DNA from: an uncultured Gammaproteobacteria bacterium
Lineage (GTDB): Bacteria > Patescibacteriota > Microgenomatia > Levybacterales > GWA1-39-11
Length of the DNA stretch: 64,000 nt
Direction of reading: 5' to 3'
Assembly (NCBI GenBank): GCA_964651815.1
Contig: CAZYWG010000001.1
Span: forward strand, 1,189-65,188
Part shown: positions 51,694 to 60,322 of the stretch, one piece after another
Position numbering within the stretch: position 1 is the stretch's first letter
Layout: every line of letters starts with the position of its first letter
Position numbers and translations under genes: made by a program
Notes under the pieces: model-generated
What the model saw: only the letters and a program-made list of their open reading frames with translations
Database searches by the model: none
What the model was told of the DNA's origin: nothing

Positions 51694-51853
51694 TCAGGCA
51701 TGAAATGCCTGAGCATCTACTACTTTTACTTTTTTGTTAAATAAGTTTAGAAATTTATTACTCTTCACACACAAAGTGTGTGGGCAACCTCTAAACCTCG
51801 TTACTATTATCAATCTAAAAGTTTGTTTACACCAGACACTAAGTGACTGGGCA
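51694..51853. repeat. Three regularly spaced related hairpins in the nusA leader
   Basis: tcaggcat-gaa-atgcctga-gca; tcacacac-aaa-gtgtgtgg-gca; ccagacac-taa-gtgactgg-gca. Confidence 0.55.
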
Positions 51854-51895
51854 TTCTATAACTTTTATTACTTTTTTAATATAACTTGTTGAGAT

Positions 51896-51972
51896 AAAAA
51901 AAGGTGGTTCTTCCGACCACCTCCAACAAATCAACCTAGCCCTATTTTAGCGAAAAAATGCCCATTAGTCAA
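51896..51972 (-). promoter_or_regulatory. nusA-infB promoter plus terminator-like leader hairpin (rimP-leader-like)
   Basis: TTGACT-17-TAAAAT (51972-51944); GGTGGT-cggaaga-ACCACC followed by T7. Confidence 0.62.
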
Positions 51973-52382
51973 GGAAACGAATCAGGATTAACGAGAGAAT
52001 AATGCTTTCACAATGTTTACAAAATTCTTATAACATCTTAAATAATTCACTGTAAAGTAAACTGGGTTTGCTAACATTTTATATACTTTGTCTTATTGAC
52101 ACAGCATATTTGAATGCTTTAATCTATTAAGAATCAAACAGCTATTGCCCTACGCTGCTTGTCCTTATCCCAGTCTTGGGAAAGGAGCAACCCTACGCAA
52201 CTCAAACTGCGAAGGGGATAAGTTTTCTTAATTGTTGATTATCAATTCCTGCCTATGGAAACTGTATTTTTTGCGCCTAAAAATAAATATAATTTTTTCT
52301 CCACGAATTATTCCCAGTTTTTCAATTTGAGATCCGATCGAAACTTTTTAATGGTTCGGATGTAGGGAAGGAGGTGAAAATA

Positions 52383-52970
52383 ATGATAAAAAAATTAGCA
52401 ATAACAGCAGCTGCTGCAGGCATAATGCTAGTATCTGCTCTTCCAGCATTTGCTTCAACAAGCGTTACCATTTCTGGTAATGGCGCCTTATCCCACAACG
52501 GAGTAGGTGTTTTCAGTTTAAGCTCTTCGAAAGTAAAGCAAACTAACAACACTTTTGTAGGCACATTTGTCTCGTCCTCTACAAATACAGGGGGGAACCA
52601 TTCCAGTTTTAATACTGGCGGAAGTAACTCAATTACAACCGGAGGGTCAACAACAGGAGTAAGCGTTGGTGTTGAGGGAGGAACAAATACTAATTCAGGA
52701 ACTCCATGCGGTTGCCAAACGGGCGGCAGCACAGACGTTACCATTTCTGGTAATGGAGCGCTTTCTAGTAATGGTGTTTTAGTTGTCAGCAGTAATTCAA
52801 ATACTGTGAAACAAAGTAACAATACTGTTGTCGTAACTGGTGTTGAAACAGAAACCAACACAGGAGGCAATTCCACAAGCTTTAATACAGGTGGAAGTAG
52901 CTCTATCACAACGGGTGATTCATCAACCGCTGTAGAAGTCACGGTAACTGGTTCGTCAAATTCTAACTAA
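52383..52970 (+). CDS. Secreted NTGGN-repeat protein (2 repeats)
   Basis: SD AGGAGGTGA then ATG 52383; signal peptide ending PAFA; two ~85 aa repeats joined by PCGCQ. Confidence 0.85.
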   Translation: MIKKLAITAAAAGIMLVSALPAFASTSVTISGNGALSHNGVGVFSLSSSKVKQTNNTFVGTFVSSSTNTGGNHSSFNTGGSNSITTGGSTTGVSVGVEGGTNTNSGTPCGCQTGGSTDVTISGNGALSSNGVLVVSSNSNTVKQSNNTVVVTGVETETNTGGNSTSFNTGGSSSITTGDSSTAVEVTVTGSSNSN

Positions 52971-53022
52971 TCACAAGATTAGTCAGAATAGAATAGGGCG
53001 CAGAGAGCCCTTAGAAGTGAGA

Positions 53023-53059
53023 GAAAACCTCTTTTCGAGAAATCGGAAGAGGTTTTTTC
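53023..53059. terminator. Probable bidirectional intrinsic terminator
   Basis: aaaacctcttttcga gaaa tcggaagaggtttt hairpin between convergent genes. Confidence 0.75.
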
Positions 53060-53090
53060 TTGTTTACCCTGAGTGTGTTTTGAGGCTAAA

Positions 53091-53756
53091 TTACTTGACT
53101 GGATCGGCAAATACAAGGAGGCGGAACCAGTCTGTTCCTACAGGTGTACACGTCTGCAAGATAAGCTGCGTACGCGTCTCCTTTGTTAAATACTGAATAT
53201 CCGAGGGTAAAACGGTCCTAAGCTCACGTACCTTATATATATAATCGCGGTTTTCCCGAGTTACGATTATCTTGTCCCCTGGTTTTAGTTCATCAAGCCT
53301 GAAAAAAATCACATTATAACGGGTGATTCTCCACGGAAAGTCTGATGAATGGGCAAAAATATACATAGTCCCGCTTTGCGCAGGATATGACGTACCTTTT
53401 GCTTGGGCAACGCCGTGTGTTAATGCTTCGTGATAAGTAGACGAATTAAACGGATCAACACCCCAAATAATAGGTGCTGCGACATTAATTTTTGGGATTG
53501 TAATTCTGTTTGGGCTATGAACAGCGGGCATAACGGGAAAAAATAACAGAATTAGTGGATAGTAAATATAAAAAAGAAGAAATGCTGCCAAAATCATGAT
53601 AGAGCTCCCTATCTGCTGGCGACGATTCTTTCCGAATATCAATTGAACAATGCGGCTTGAAATTAATAAAAGCCCTTTTTGGCTTTTTGTTTTTTTTTTG
53701 GATTTTCTTTTTATTCTTTTTACTTTTTTGGGGGATTTTGTTTTTTTCTTAGGCAT
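53091..53756 (-). CDS. Sortase
   Basis: Basic N-tail, TM, IPKINV, FAHSS, LILQTCTPVG, R; likely start ATG 53756. Confidence 0.9.
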   Translation of the reverse strand: MPKKKTKSPKKVKRIKRKSKKKTKSQKGLLLISSRIVQLIFGKNRRQQIGSSIMILAAFLLFYIYYPLILLFFPVMPAVHSPNRITIPKINVAAPIIWGVDPFNSSTYHEALTHGVAQAKGTSYPAQSGTMYIFAHSSDFPWRITRYNVIFFRLDELKPGDKIIVTRENRDYIYKVRELRTVLPSDIQYLTKETRTQLILQTCTPVGTDWFRLLVFADPVK

Positions 53757-53786
53757 GGAATTCATTATACGCTTGTTAGGAGGGAA

Positions 53787-54968
53787 TTATTTACGCGAAC
53801 GAGGAGGCGAAACGTCCGTTGAGAAACGCAAATACCATCCAGATAGGAAAATTGAAAACAAAAATAATGTTGCTAAAAACATCCAGGCGGAGCCAGTCTC
53901 TGGCAAAATTGATCCGGTGGACGCTGCAAGTACTTGACCGCCGGAACTTCCACCTGAACCTCCTCCGGACCCACCACCAGAATTGCTTGAACCTCCTCCA
54001 CCCGATGACGGTGGATTATTGGTAGGATTGCAATTATCGGTGCATGGGGGTGGAGGTGGAGGCGTTTGGGGGCAATCAATGGTAAAAGAATTATCATTTC
54101 CGGCATTATTAACGTTTACTACGCTAGCAATACTACCCGTTGAGATTGAAACATTTCCATTATTGTTGTTTGCCGTATTATTTCCGGTATTTAATGCAAC
54201 CCAAATCACGTTATTGAGGTTGAAACGATTATCTACAGAATAATTAAGGGTATTAGTAAAATTGTAGGCAATAATATTGTTTGATCCTGTGCCGTTCCCT
54301 GAAATGTTAAAAATTGGATCTAAATTAAGTCCAAATCCCGACGCCGTATTTTTATTTATATTTTGGTTTGAGACATTGACAAGAGACGAGATATTTCCCG
54401 TAAGTATAAATACATTTCCGTTGTTGTTATTTGCCGTATTATTTCCAGTATTGGCAGCAGTTGTAATTGAATTTGTGATATTTGCCGTGTTGTTTTGGGT
54501 AACATTTGCAGCAAGATTTTCATTTACGATAGCTGTATTGGTAGATCCAGCACCGTTATCCGTAATATTTACTGTTGTTGAACTTTGTGATTGAGCACAA
54601 TTACAATTTCCCGTTGCGCTGTTTGAATTTATATTATTGTTGGTTACATTAGTTGTTGTGGAGACATCTCCTGTTTGAATTGCAGTCGACCCCGCTTGTG
54701 AAGGATCCGTTGATGGCGAACCGGTGTTATTATTTGCCGTATTGTTGCCTGTATCCGAATTAGTTTTTACGTCATTTTGAACATTTGCAGTATTATTTTG
54801 AGTAACAGTTGTGGTATTTGTTGACGTGACACTTGCTGTATTCTGCGAACCATCACCGTTGCCTGTAACTGTCACCTCAACCGTATCAGCCACAACTACA
54901 CCTGCGGCTCGCAAAAAGGATAGCAATATTAATGGCAGGATAAAAAGCGAAACAATTATTTTCTTCAT
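53787..54968 (-). CDS. Secreted NTGGN-repeat protein (3 repeats) with LPETG sorting signal
   Basis: Signal peptide, 3 repeats, GNCNC linker, Pro/Gly linker, LPETG + TM + RSRK tail. Confidence 0.85.
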   Translation of the reverse strand: MKKIIVSLFILPLILLSFLRAAGVVVADTVEVTVTGNGDGSQNTASVTSTNTTTVTQNNTANVQNDVKTNSDTGNNTANNNTGSPSTDPSQAGSTAIQTGDVSTTTNVTNNNINSNSATGNCNCAQSQSSTTVNITDNGAGSTNTAIVNENLAANVTQNNTANITNSITTAANTGNNTANNNNGNVFILTGNISSLVNVSNQNINKNTASGFGLNLDPIFNISGNGTGSNNIIAYNFTNTLNYSVDNRFNLNNVIWVALNTGNNTANNNNGNVSISTGSIASVVNVNNAGNDNSFTIDCPQTPPPPPPCTDNCNPTNNPPSSGGGGSSNSGGGSGGGSGGSSGGQVLAASTGSILPETGSAWMFLATLFLFSIFLSGWYLRFSTDVSPPRSRK

Positions 54969-55045
54969 TATTACTTAATAATATATAAACCCAGAGTGAT
55001 GTAAAGCGTTAAGAAGTTTGTAAGAAACGGGTTTTGAATGGCCGC

Positions 55046-57337
55046 TTACAAGAGCAGGTGTACCCCTTTAACAACTACACCCCGCAAGTACGTCAACTTC
55101 TTTTTAAGAATTATGACGCTTACTATTGGAATGGCGATAAATAGAATCCACGCAAGATTGAAGGTCAACATGTGAGCAGCGCTTTTTACGCTTGTATTAA
55201 CAAGGCCGCTATTAGAATTTCCGGTGATTCCTGCAAAAAGACCTCCGGTTGTACCACCTGTTGCGCTTGTTCCGAGGACATTTCCCCCAAAGAAGACTGT
55301 TGAAGATGAACCTCCGGAATTTGTTGTCACTGTTCCGGCTCCGGCAGATACTGTACCTCCAGAATTCGACGTGTTAGACCCGTTTGAATTATTGTTTGAA
55401 TTATTTCCGCCGCCTCCACCATTTTGCGGATTTTGGGCCGTTTTTGCAGGATCATTTGGGTCAGACATGCCTGGTGTTACAAAATTTCCAAGCCAGCTTC
55501 CAAATACATTGACAACTGTCACAACCAATTTTCCGCCGCCTGTTATATTGTTATTTACAAAGTTAACAAGATTTGCAATTACGTTTGCATTACCAGTTGT
55601 AATATTTGAATCTCCGCCAGTGTTGTAGTTGGAATTATTTCCGCCCGTGTTGGCTGACAAATTAATATTATTTTGGATATTTGCGTTGTTTGACTGTGTT
55701 GTAGTGTTATTGTTTGTTGTAGAACTATTTGCCGTGTTGTTTGACCCAGCACCGTTGTTTGAATTTCCGTCGATTGCAGTGACTGCACCCGTTACTGGAT
55801 CCACTTCAAATTCTGTTCCGGCAGAACCCGCCATAGTTGCTCCATCCGGCGCGCCCATTATTTTTCCAATCCAATGCCCTGCTTCATTGACAATAACAAG
55901 CCACCATGTGCCACCGTCAACATTATTGTTGGCTACATTCAAAACATTTGCATCAACACTTGACGAACCTGTAGTGACGGTTGAATCGCCATTTGTATTA
56001 AAGTTTGCATCATTTCCACCCGTAGCTGCGTTGAATGTGAGATTATTGTCAATATTTGCATTGTTTGTCTGTCCGGTTGTGTTGTTATTTGTTGTAGAAC
56101 TGTTTGCTGTGTTGTTTGACCCTGCGCCGTTGCCGGAATTGGCCGTTGTTGAAGTGGAGCTGCAGCCGCAAAGAAGTGCGTCTATTGTTGATTGTGGCAA
56201 AATAATATCCCCTACCAAATTTCCGAAAATATTAACCACATTGTAAAGTACGTTGCCTGAAATATTGTTGTTGGCAAAAGTCAAAACGTTTGCATCTACA
56301 TTTGCGTTTCCTGTTGTGATATTGGAGTCTCCGCCCGTATTAAATTGCGTTGCATTATTTCCGGAATTAGCCGATAAATCAAGGCTGCTTCCAATACCCG
56401 CATTATTTGACTGCGAAGTATTGTTATTATTTGTAGTCGAACTATCCGCGGTATTTGTGGAATTTGCACCGTTGCCGGAATTACCAACTATATTTTGTGC
56501 TCCGCATCCATTTGTACAAGAGCTTGTTGCATTCCCGGGCGCCAAAATTATGTCCCCTGTTTGGTTAGTATCTACATTGAATGTTGCAACAGCCACACCG
56601 TCAACATTATTGTTAACTGCCGTGATCACGGTCCCTGAAGTATTTGCGTCACCTGTAGTTATTGACGAATTGCCAGTGTTCATTGAAGCGGTATTTGTAC
56701 CCGTTACAGTTGCCGTAGTGAGATTGTTTGCCACATTTGCGCTGTTTCCTTGAGATGTAGTTGCCGAATTTTGGTCAGTTGAACTTGCAGAGTTATTAGA
56801 ATTAGAACCATTACCGGAATTAAGGGTTGCCGAATTTCCGCTGCATGTAGAACACGAACCACCACCTGTTGCCAAATTATTGTTACCTGTTGTTGCGAGT
56901 GTTGAATTGTTTGTTGCACCACCTGTTGTAATATTTGTATCCCCAACATTTCCGCTTGCATTAGTCCCGCCTCCGGTTTGTGTCTGTGTGTCAGCTTGCG
57001 CGTTAAAGTTAGGAGAAGTCGGTGCTGTTGGCGCGGTTGGAGCCGTTGGCATAGTTGGTGGTGTTGGTAGGTCTGGTGCTGCAGGTGGCGCAGGTGGAGT
57101 TGGCGCGCTTGGCGCGGTTGGCATAGTTGGTGCGGTTGGTGGTGCCGGAGGCGCTGGCGCTGTTGGCATAGTTGGTGCGGTTGGTGGTGCCGGAGGCGCT
57201 GGAGCACTTGGTGCAGTGGGCGCGTCCGGTGCACTAGGTCCATCATCTGCTAAAGCTGCTACTGGCAAAGAAAGCCGGCCAAGTAGTAACACTATGATTA
57301 GCGCGATTGATAGTATTTTTTTAATTTTGTTTGTCAT
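55046..57337 (-). CDS. Large secreted NTGGN-repeat protein (~4.5 repeats) with Pro/Ala/Thr stalk and C-terminal TM
   Basis: Signal peptide, (APTAP)n, repeats with CxxC/CxxxC/CxC linkers, TM + KKK. Confidence 0.85.
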   Translation of the reverse strand: MTNKIKKILSIALIIVLLLGRLSLPVAALADDGPSAPDAPTAPSAPAPPAPPTAPTMPTAPAPPAPPTAPTMPTAPSAPTPPAPPAAPDLPTPPTMPTAPTAPTAPTSPNFNAQADTQTQTGGGTNASGNVGDTNITTGGATNNSTLATTGNNNLATGGGSCSTCSGNSATLNSGNGSNSNNSASSTDQNSATTSQGNSANVANNLTTATVTGTNTASMNTGNSSITTGDANTSGTVITAVNNNVDGVAVATFNVDTNQTGDIILAPGNATSSCTNGCGAQNIVGNSGNGANSTNTADSSTTNNNNTSQSNNAGIGSSLDLSANSGNNATQFNTGGDSNITTGNANVDANVLTFANNNISGNVLYNVVNIFGNLVGDIILPQSTIDALLCGCSSTSTTANSGNGAGSNNTANSSTTNNNTTGQTNNANIDNNLTFNAATGGNDANFNTNGDSTVTTGSSSVDANVLNVANNNVDGGTWWLVIVNEAGHWIGKIMGAPDGATMAGSAGTEFEVDPVTGAVTAIDGNSNNGAGSNNTANSSTTNNNTTTQSNNANIQNNINLSANTGGNNSNYNTGGDSNITTGNANVIANLVNFVNNNITGGGKLVVTVVNVFGSWLGNFVTPGMSDPNDPAKTAQNPQNGGGGGNNSNNNSNGSNTSNSGGTVSAGAGTVTTNSGGSSSTVFFGGNVLGTSATGGTTGGLFAGITGNSNSGLVNTSVKSAAHMLTFNLAWILFIAIPIVSVIILKKKLTYLRGVVVKGVHLLL
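57020..57240. repeat. Coding tandem repeats (PAPPTAPTMPTA)
   Basis: Near-exact 45-bp duplication around 57117-57200 within a Pro/Ala/Thr tract. Confidence 0.8.
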
Positions 57338-57434
57338 TTTATTTTTTACGAACTATTTTTTAATCGAACTCTTATTAATTTCTATATTTTCTATTTACTA
57401 ATAACTATTTACTGTTTCTATGTTGTTCGGAAAC

Positions 57435-57480
57435 TTGTAGGGTGTTTTTGTCGAAGTGCTAACAAAAAGCACCCTACCAA
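57435..57480 (-). terminator. Intercistronic hairpin (weak terminator or mRNA stabiliser)
   Basis: tagggtgtttttg / caaaaagcacccta; no long U tract on the transcribed strand. Confidence 0.55.
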
Positions 57481-57493
57481 GTAATCCTTAAAG

Positions 57494-58753
57494 CTAGATT
57501 GACAATCCAAAGAAAGACAATAAAGCTTGAATGTCGAAAGAAAGGCTAACACTTGATCCTCCGGGAAGTGGAAGTACAAATGGTGTTCCTCCAACAGTGT
57601 TGACGTTGCCGCTGTTATTAACATCGGTTGAGTTAGTGGAATCGCCAGTTATGATAGCTGGGTCGTTTCCATTTTCTACAGATCCAGTGTTAAGGTTTGC
57701 GTCATTGTAACCAGTCTTTGCATTTGAGTAGACATCGTTGTCGAGGTCTGCTGCATTTGCTTGTCCGATTTCATTGGCGTTAGCAAGAACTAGGTCAATA
57801 CCGTTTTGGGTAAGACCGTTTTCTCCATAAGAAGAAGCTCCGTTTCCGTCAATTTTTGCAAGAACGTCAAATGTGCATCCACAGTCAACGCTGGCACTAT
57901 TAAAGTTAACCATGTTGTCTACGTTTGCACCTGCTTTCGCATCGCCGGTTGAGATTACTACATCTCCTCCGGTGTTGAATTTAGCATCGTTGCCTCCGGT
58001 TTTTGCATCTGAGTTAACATCGTTGTCGATGTTAGCTGAGTTTGCCTGCTCAACGCTTGAAGAATTTGCTAAGACTGCGCTAATCCAGTTATCGCTGCCA
58101 GCTCCATTTCCAAGAATTTTGAAGGATGCACCAGATCCTGAAGCTCCTGCTCCGCCTCCGATCATTGCAGAATTTGAATTCGCAACGGTCTTAACGTTTG
58201 CATTTGCTGTAGCATCTCCGGTTACAACTACCACGTCTCCTCCGGTGTTAAGATTTGCATCGTTACCTCCGGTTTTGGCGTCTGACTTGATGTTATTGCT
58301 AACATCAGCACTGTTTGCTTGTTCAACAGTGTTTGAATTTTCATTTGTAAGAGTTACAAGATTTTCGGATTTTGCTCCGTTTCCTGAAATTAATACATTT
58401 GTGTCAGATCCACAATTACATCCAGCGACCGTAGCAGCATTGCTGTTAAGGACATTGGTTACGTTTGTGGTGGTTTTTGCATCACCAGTTTTAACGGTTA
58501 CGTCTCCACCGGTGTTGTAATTTGCGTCATTGCCACCTGTATTTGCGTTAGTGGTAATGTTATTGTTTACATTTGCTGTATTACTCTGTGAAACGGTGGT
58601 TGAATTTGACTGTACTGCTTGCACAGCATTATTTGAACCAGATCCATTTCCAGAAATTTGAATAGTAGTATCAGCGAAAGCTGGAGTTGCCATAGAAAGA
58701 ACTACTGCACCTGCTGCTATTACTGAAACTACTTTTTTTTGAAATTTTGTCAT
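57494..58753 (-). CDS. Secreted NTGGN-repeat protein (4 repeats), putative major subunit
   Basis: SD AAGGAGGTGA; signal peptide ending PAFA; four ~88 aa repeats; GCNC and DCGC linkers. Confidence 0.87.
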   Translation of the reverse strand: MTKFQKKVVSVIAAGAVVLSMATPAFADTTIQISGNGSGSNNAVQAVQSNSTTVSQSNTANVNNNITTNANTGGNDANYNTGGDVTVKTGDAKTTTNVTNVLNSNAATVAGCNCGSDTNVLISGNGAKSENLVTLTNENSNTVEQANSADVSNNIKSDAKTGGNDANLNTGGDVVVVTGDATANANVKTVANSNSAMIGGGAGASGSGASFKILGNGAGSDNWISAVLANSSSVEQANSANIDNDVNSDAKTGGNDAKFNTGGDVVISTGDAKAGANVDNMVNFNSASVDCGCTFDVLAKIDGNGASSYGENGLTQNGIDLVLANANEIGQANAADLDNDVYSNAKTGYNDANLNTGSVENGNDPAIITGDSTNSTDVNNSGNVNTVGGTPFVLPLPGGSSVSLSFDIQALLSFFGLSI

Positions 58754-58858
58754 TTAATAATCACCTCCTTTTCGACCAAGATTTCCGATAATATCGGAAC
58801 ACTTCTTTATCCCGTCCCTCGTTAGAGAGAAGCCGGAACCTGCCGTTTCTTTTTTGAC

Positions 58859-58968
58859 AAAAAAAACGGAGACTCCTCGACACAATCACCTAAGATTATG
58901 TAGAGAAGCCTCCGTTTGCGGTCAGCTCCGAATACTTATTTTATACTTTTAACTGTTCAATTTGTCAA
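58859..58968 (-). promoter_or_regulatory. sigma70 promoter plus leader with overlapping small hairpin and long terminator
   Basis: TTGACA-17-TATAAA (58968-58940); GCTGACCGCAAACGGAGGC (58926-58908); 24-bp stem plus T-run (58917-58859). Confidence 0.7.
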
Positions 58969-59087
58969 TAGCCATTTTGGCTTTTTTACAATTTTATTAC
59001 AAATATTTGTTCAATTACTTCGTGTCGCCCTAATCCCTCAATCTATCAACTTCAATTGAACCTTAATTCCTAATTCGCGATTCAAAT

Positions 59088-59333
59088 TTATTCCGTTCTC
59101 CTGAATTGCGTATGAATACTAAAAACTTTTTGGTCGGATGTTTTTTCTTCAACACCAGTCTGCGTTTCGTGTGTTATATTTATTGAGGTTTTTTTGATGT
59201 TGCGGACAGTTATTTGAGTAACTGTTTTATCCTGAACGTAAATTTCAATACTCCCAAAATCAACTGAGTCGAGTGCGCTTTCAATCTCTTCTATGAGATC
59301 TTTTTTTTGTTTGGTCTTGACAAAGCTCGACAT
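59088..59333 (-). CDS. DUF2292/YezD-like small protein
   Basis: LIEEIESALDSVDFGSIEIYVQDKTVTQIT resembles the GS(V/I)xIxVQD.xVxQI pattern. Confidence 0.65.
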   Translation of the reverse strand: MSSFVKTKQKKDLIEEIESALDSVDFGSIEIYVQDKTVTQITVRNIKKTSINITHETQTGVEEKTSDQKVFSIHTQFRRTE

Positions 59334-59384
59334 ATTTTAAATCATCGCGTCTCACATACCTATATATATAGATTCTGAATTTTC

Positions 59385-60119
59385 CTATTTGAATGATACG
59401 GGAATTATTGTTTTTTTACCTGCTATTTCTCCTACTTGAAGCTTTAAATCTTTGTCTGTTTCATTTACTGCAATCCCAATGCGCGTTGGAGTTGTAGAAA
59501 TAGCTTGTGCTTCAACCGGATCGCTGTGGATATCAGCGGCAAACCAATTTTTTGTATCATTGTTTACAGAAATTCTCACATAATCTCGGCTGTTAATCTG
59601 CAAACCCTGGTTAAGGCTGTTTATTATTTTAATGTTTACAATTAAAAATACTCTACCCGTAACTGCTGACGCCGGTTGGCCTTTGACAACAATGTGGTGA
59701 CGCAGTTCAGCCGATTGAATAATATATGTAAAATCACCCGTTTTTGCACCTTTACTATCTTTCAGCGGGAAGGTAAAGTTTCTATTGATTTCTGTTGTCT
59801 TTACATCATTATTATTTGTGGTTGTGTTTGCTCCGGCAACGGACGCGTTATCCTTTTTCCCAAATACTGCAAAAATTCCCAAGACAACAATTACAAAAAT
59901 GGCTATTGGAATAACTAATCGCAAAATATTTTTCTTGTTAATGTTTGGCATTTTAATGCTTGGCGCAAATTTACTTCCGGCAATTCGTGCTTCGCGACTT
60001 GTCCCTACGAATGAGAATAAAAATCCTTTTAATTTTTGGGCGTTTTCTTCAAGAACGTCAGCAACTGCGTTGATGGTTGGAAGGTATGCAAATGTTGATG
60101 CTTTTCTAGGTGATGCCAT
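59385..60119 (-). CDS. Membrane-anchored protein with extracellular beta-sandwich (DUF4352-like) domain
   Basis: TM near residues 65-86; GRVFLIVNIKIIN, DYVRISV, VEAQAIST.PTRIG, LQVGE. Confidence 0.6.
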   Translation of the reverse strand: MASPRKASTFAYLPTINAVADVLEENAQKLKGFLFSFVGTSREARIAGSKFAPSIKMPNINKKNILRLVIPIAIFVIVVLGIFAVFGKKDNASVAGANTTTNNNDVKTTEINRNFTFPLKDSKGAKTGDFTYIIQSAELRHHIVVKGQPASAVTGRVFLIVNIKIINSLNQGLQINSRDYVRISVNNDTKNWFAADIHSDPVEAQAISTTPTRIGIAVNETDKDLKLQVGEIAGKKTIIPVSFK

Positions 60120-60124
60120 ATTTC

Positions 60125-60227
60125 AAAAAAAAACGCCCCTCGAAGTTCTGTACCTTTTGGGTAAACAGAACGTAGTGGGGCAGAGATTTGTAATCCGAAA
60201 TATATCAAACCACGCTTATCTTGTCAA
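60125..60227 (-). promoter_or_regulatory. sigma70 promoter plus long terminator-like leader hairpin
   Basis: TTGACA-17-TATATT (60227-60199); GCCCC...GGGGC stem and T9 ending 5 nt before ATG 60119. Confidence 0.65.
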
Positions 60228-60322
60228 TACGTAGTTTGACAATTTTACATAATCAATACTAAATCCTAACAAAGCATTTTGCGGATAAATAGCTGAACTT
60301 AATTTTTGTTATAATTTTCATA

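Noticed and set aside
51694-51853. Possible degenerate CRISPR array (palindromes at ~70 nt period)
   Set aside because: Only three units, repeat sequences differ substantially, and no cas genes in the window
52322-58520. Long antisense ORFs over the repeat genes (e.g. 52322-52942, 55629-56246, 56880-57401, 57873-58520)
   Set aside because: Expected stop-poor shadows of Asn/Thr/Gly-rich coding sequence; the opposite strand has signal peptides and, for two genes, SD sites
52383-58753. Calling the repeat proteins curlin, ice-nucleation or autotransporter proteins
   Set aside because: Period (~85-90 aa) and motifs differ from curli and ice-nucleation repeats; no beta-barrel or CsgG-type genes seen
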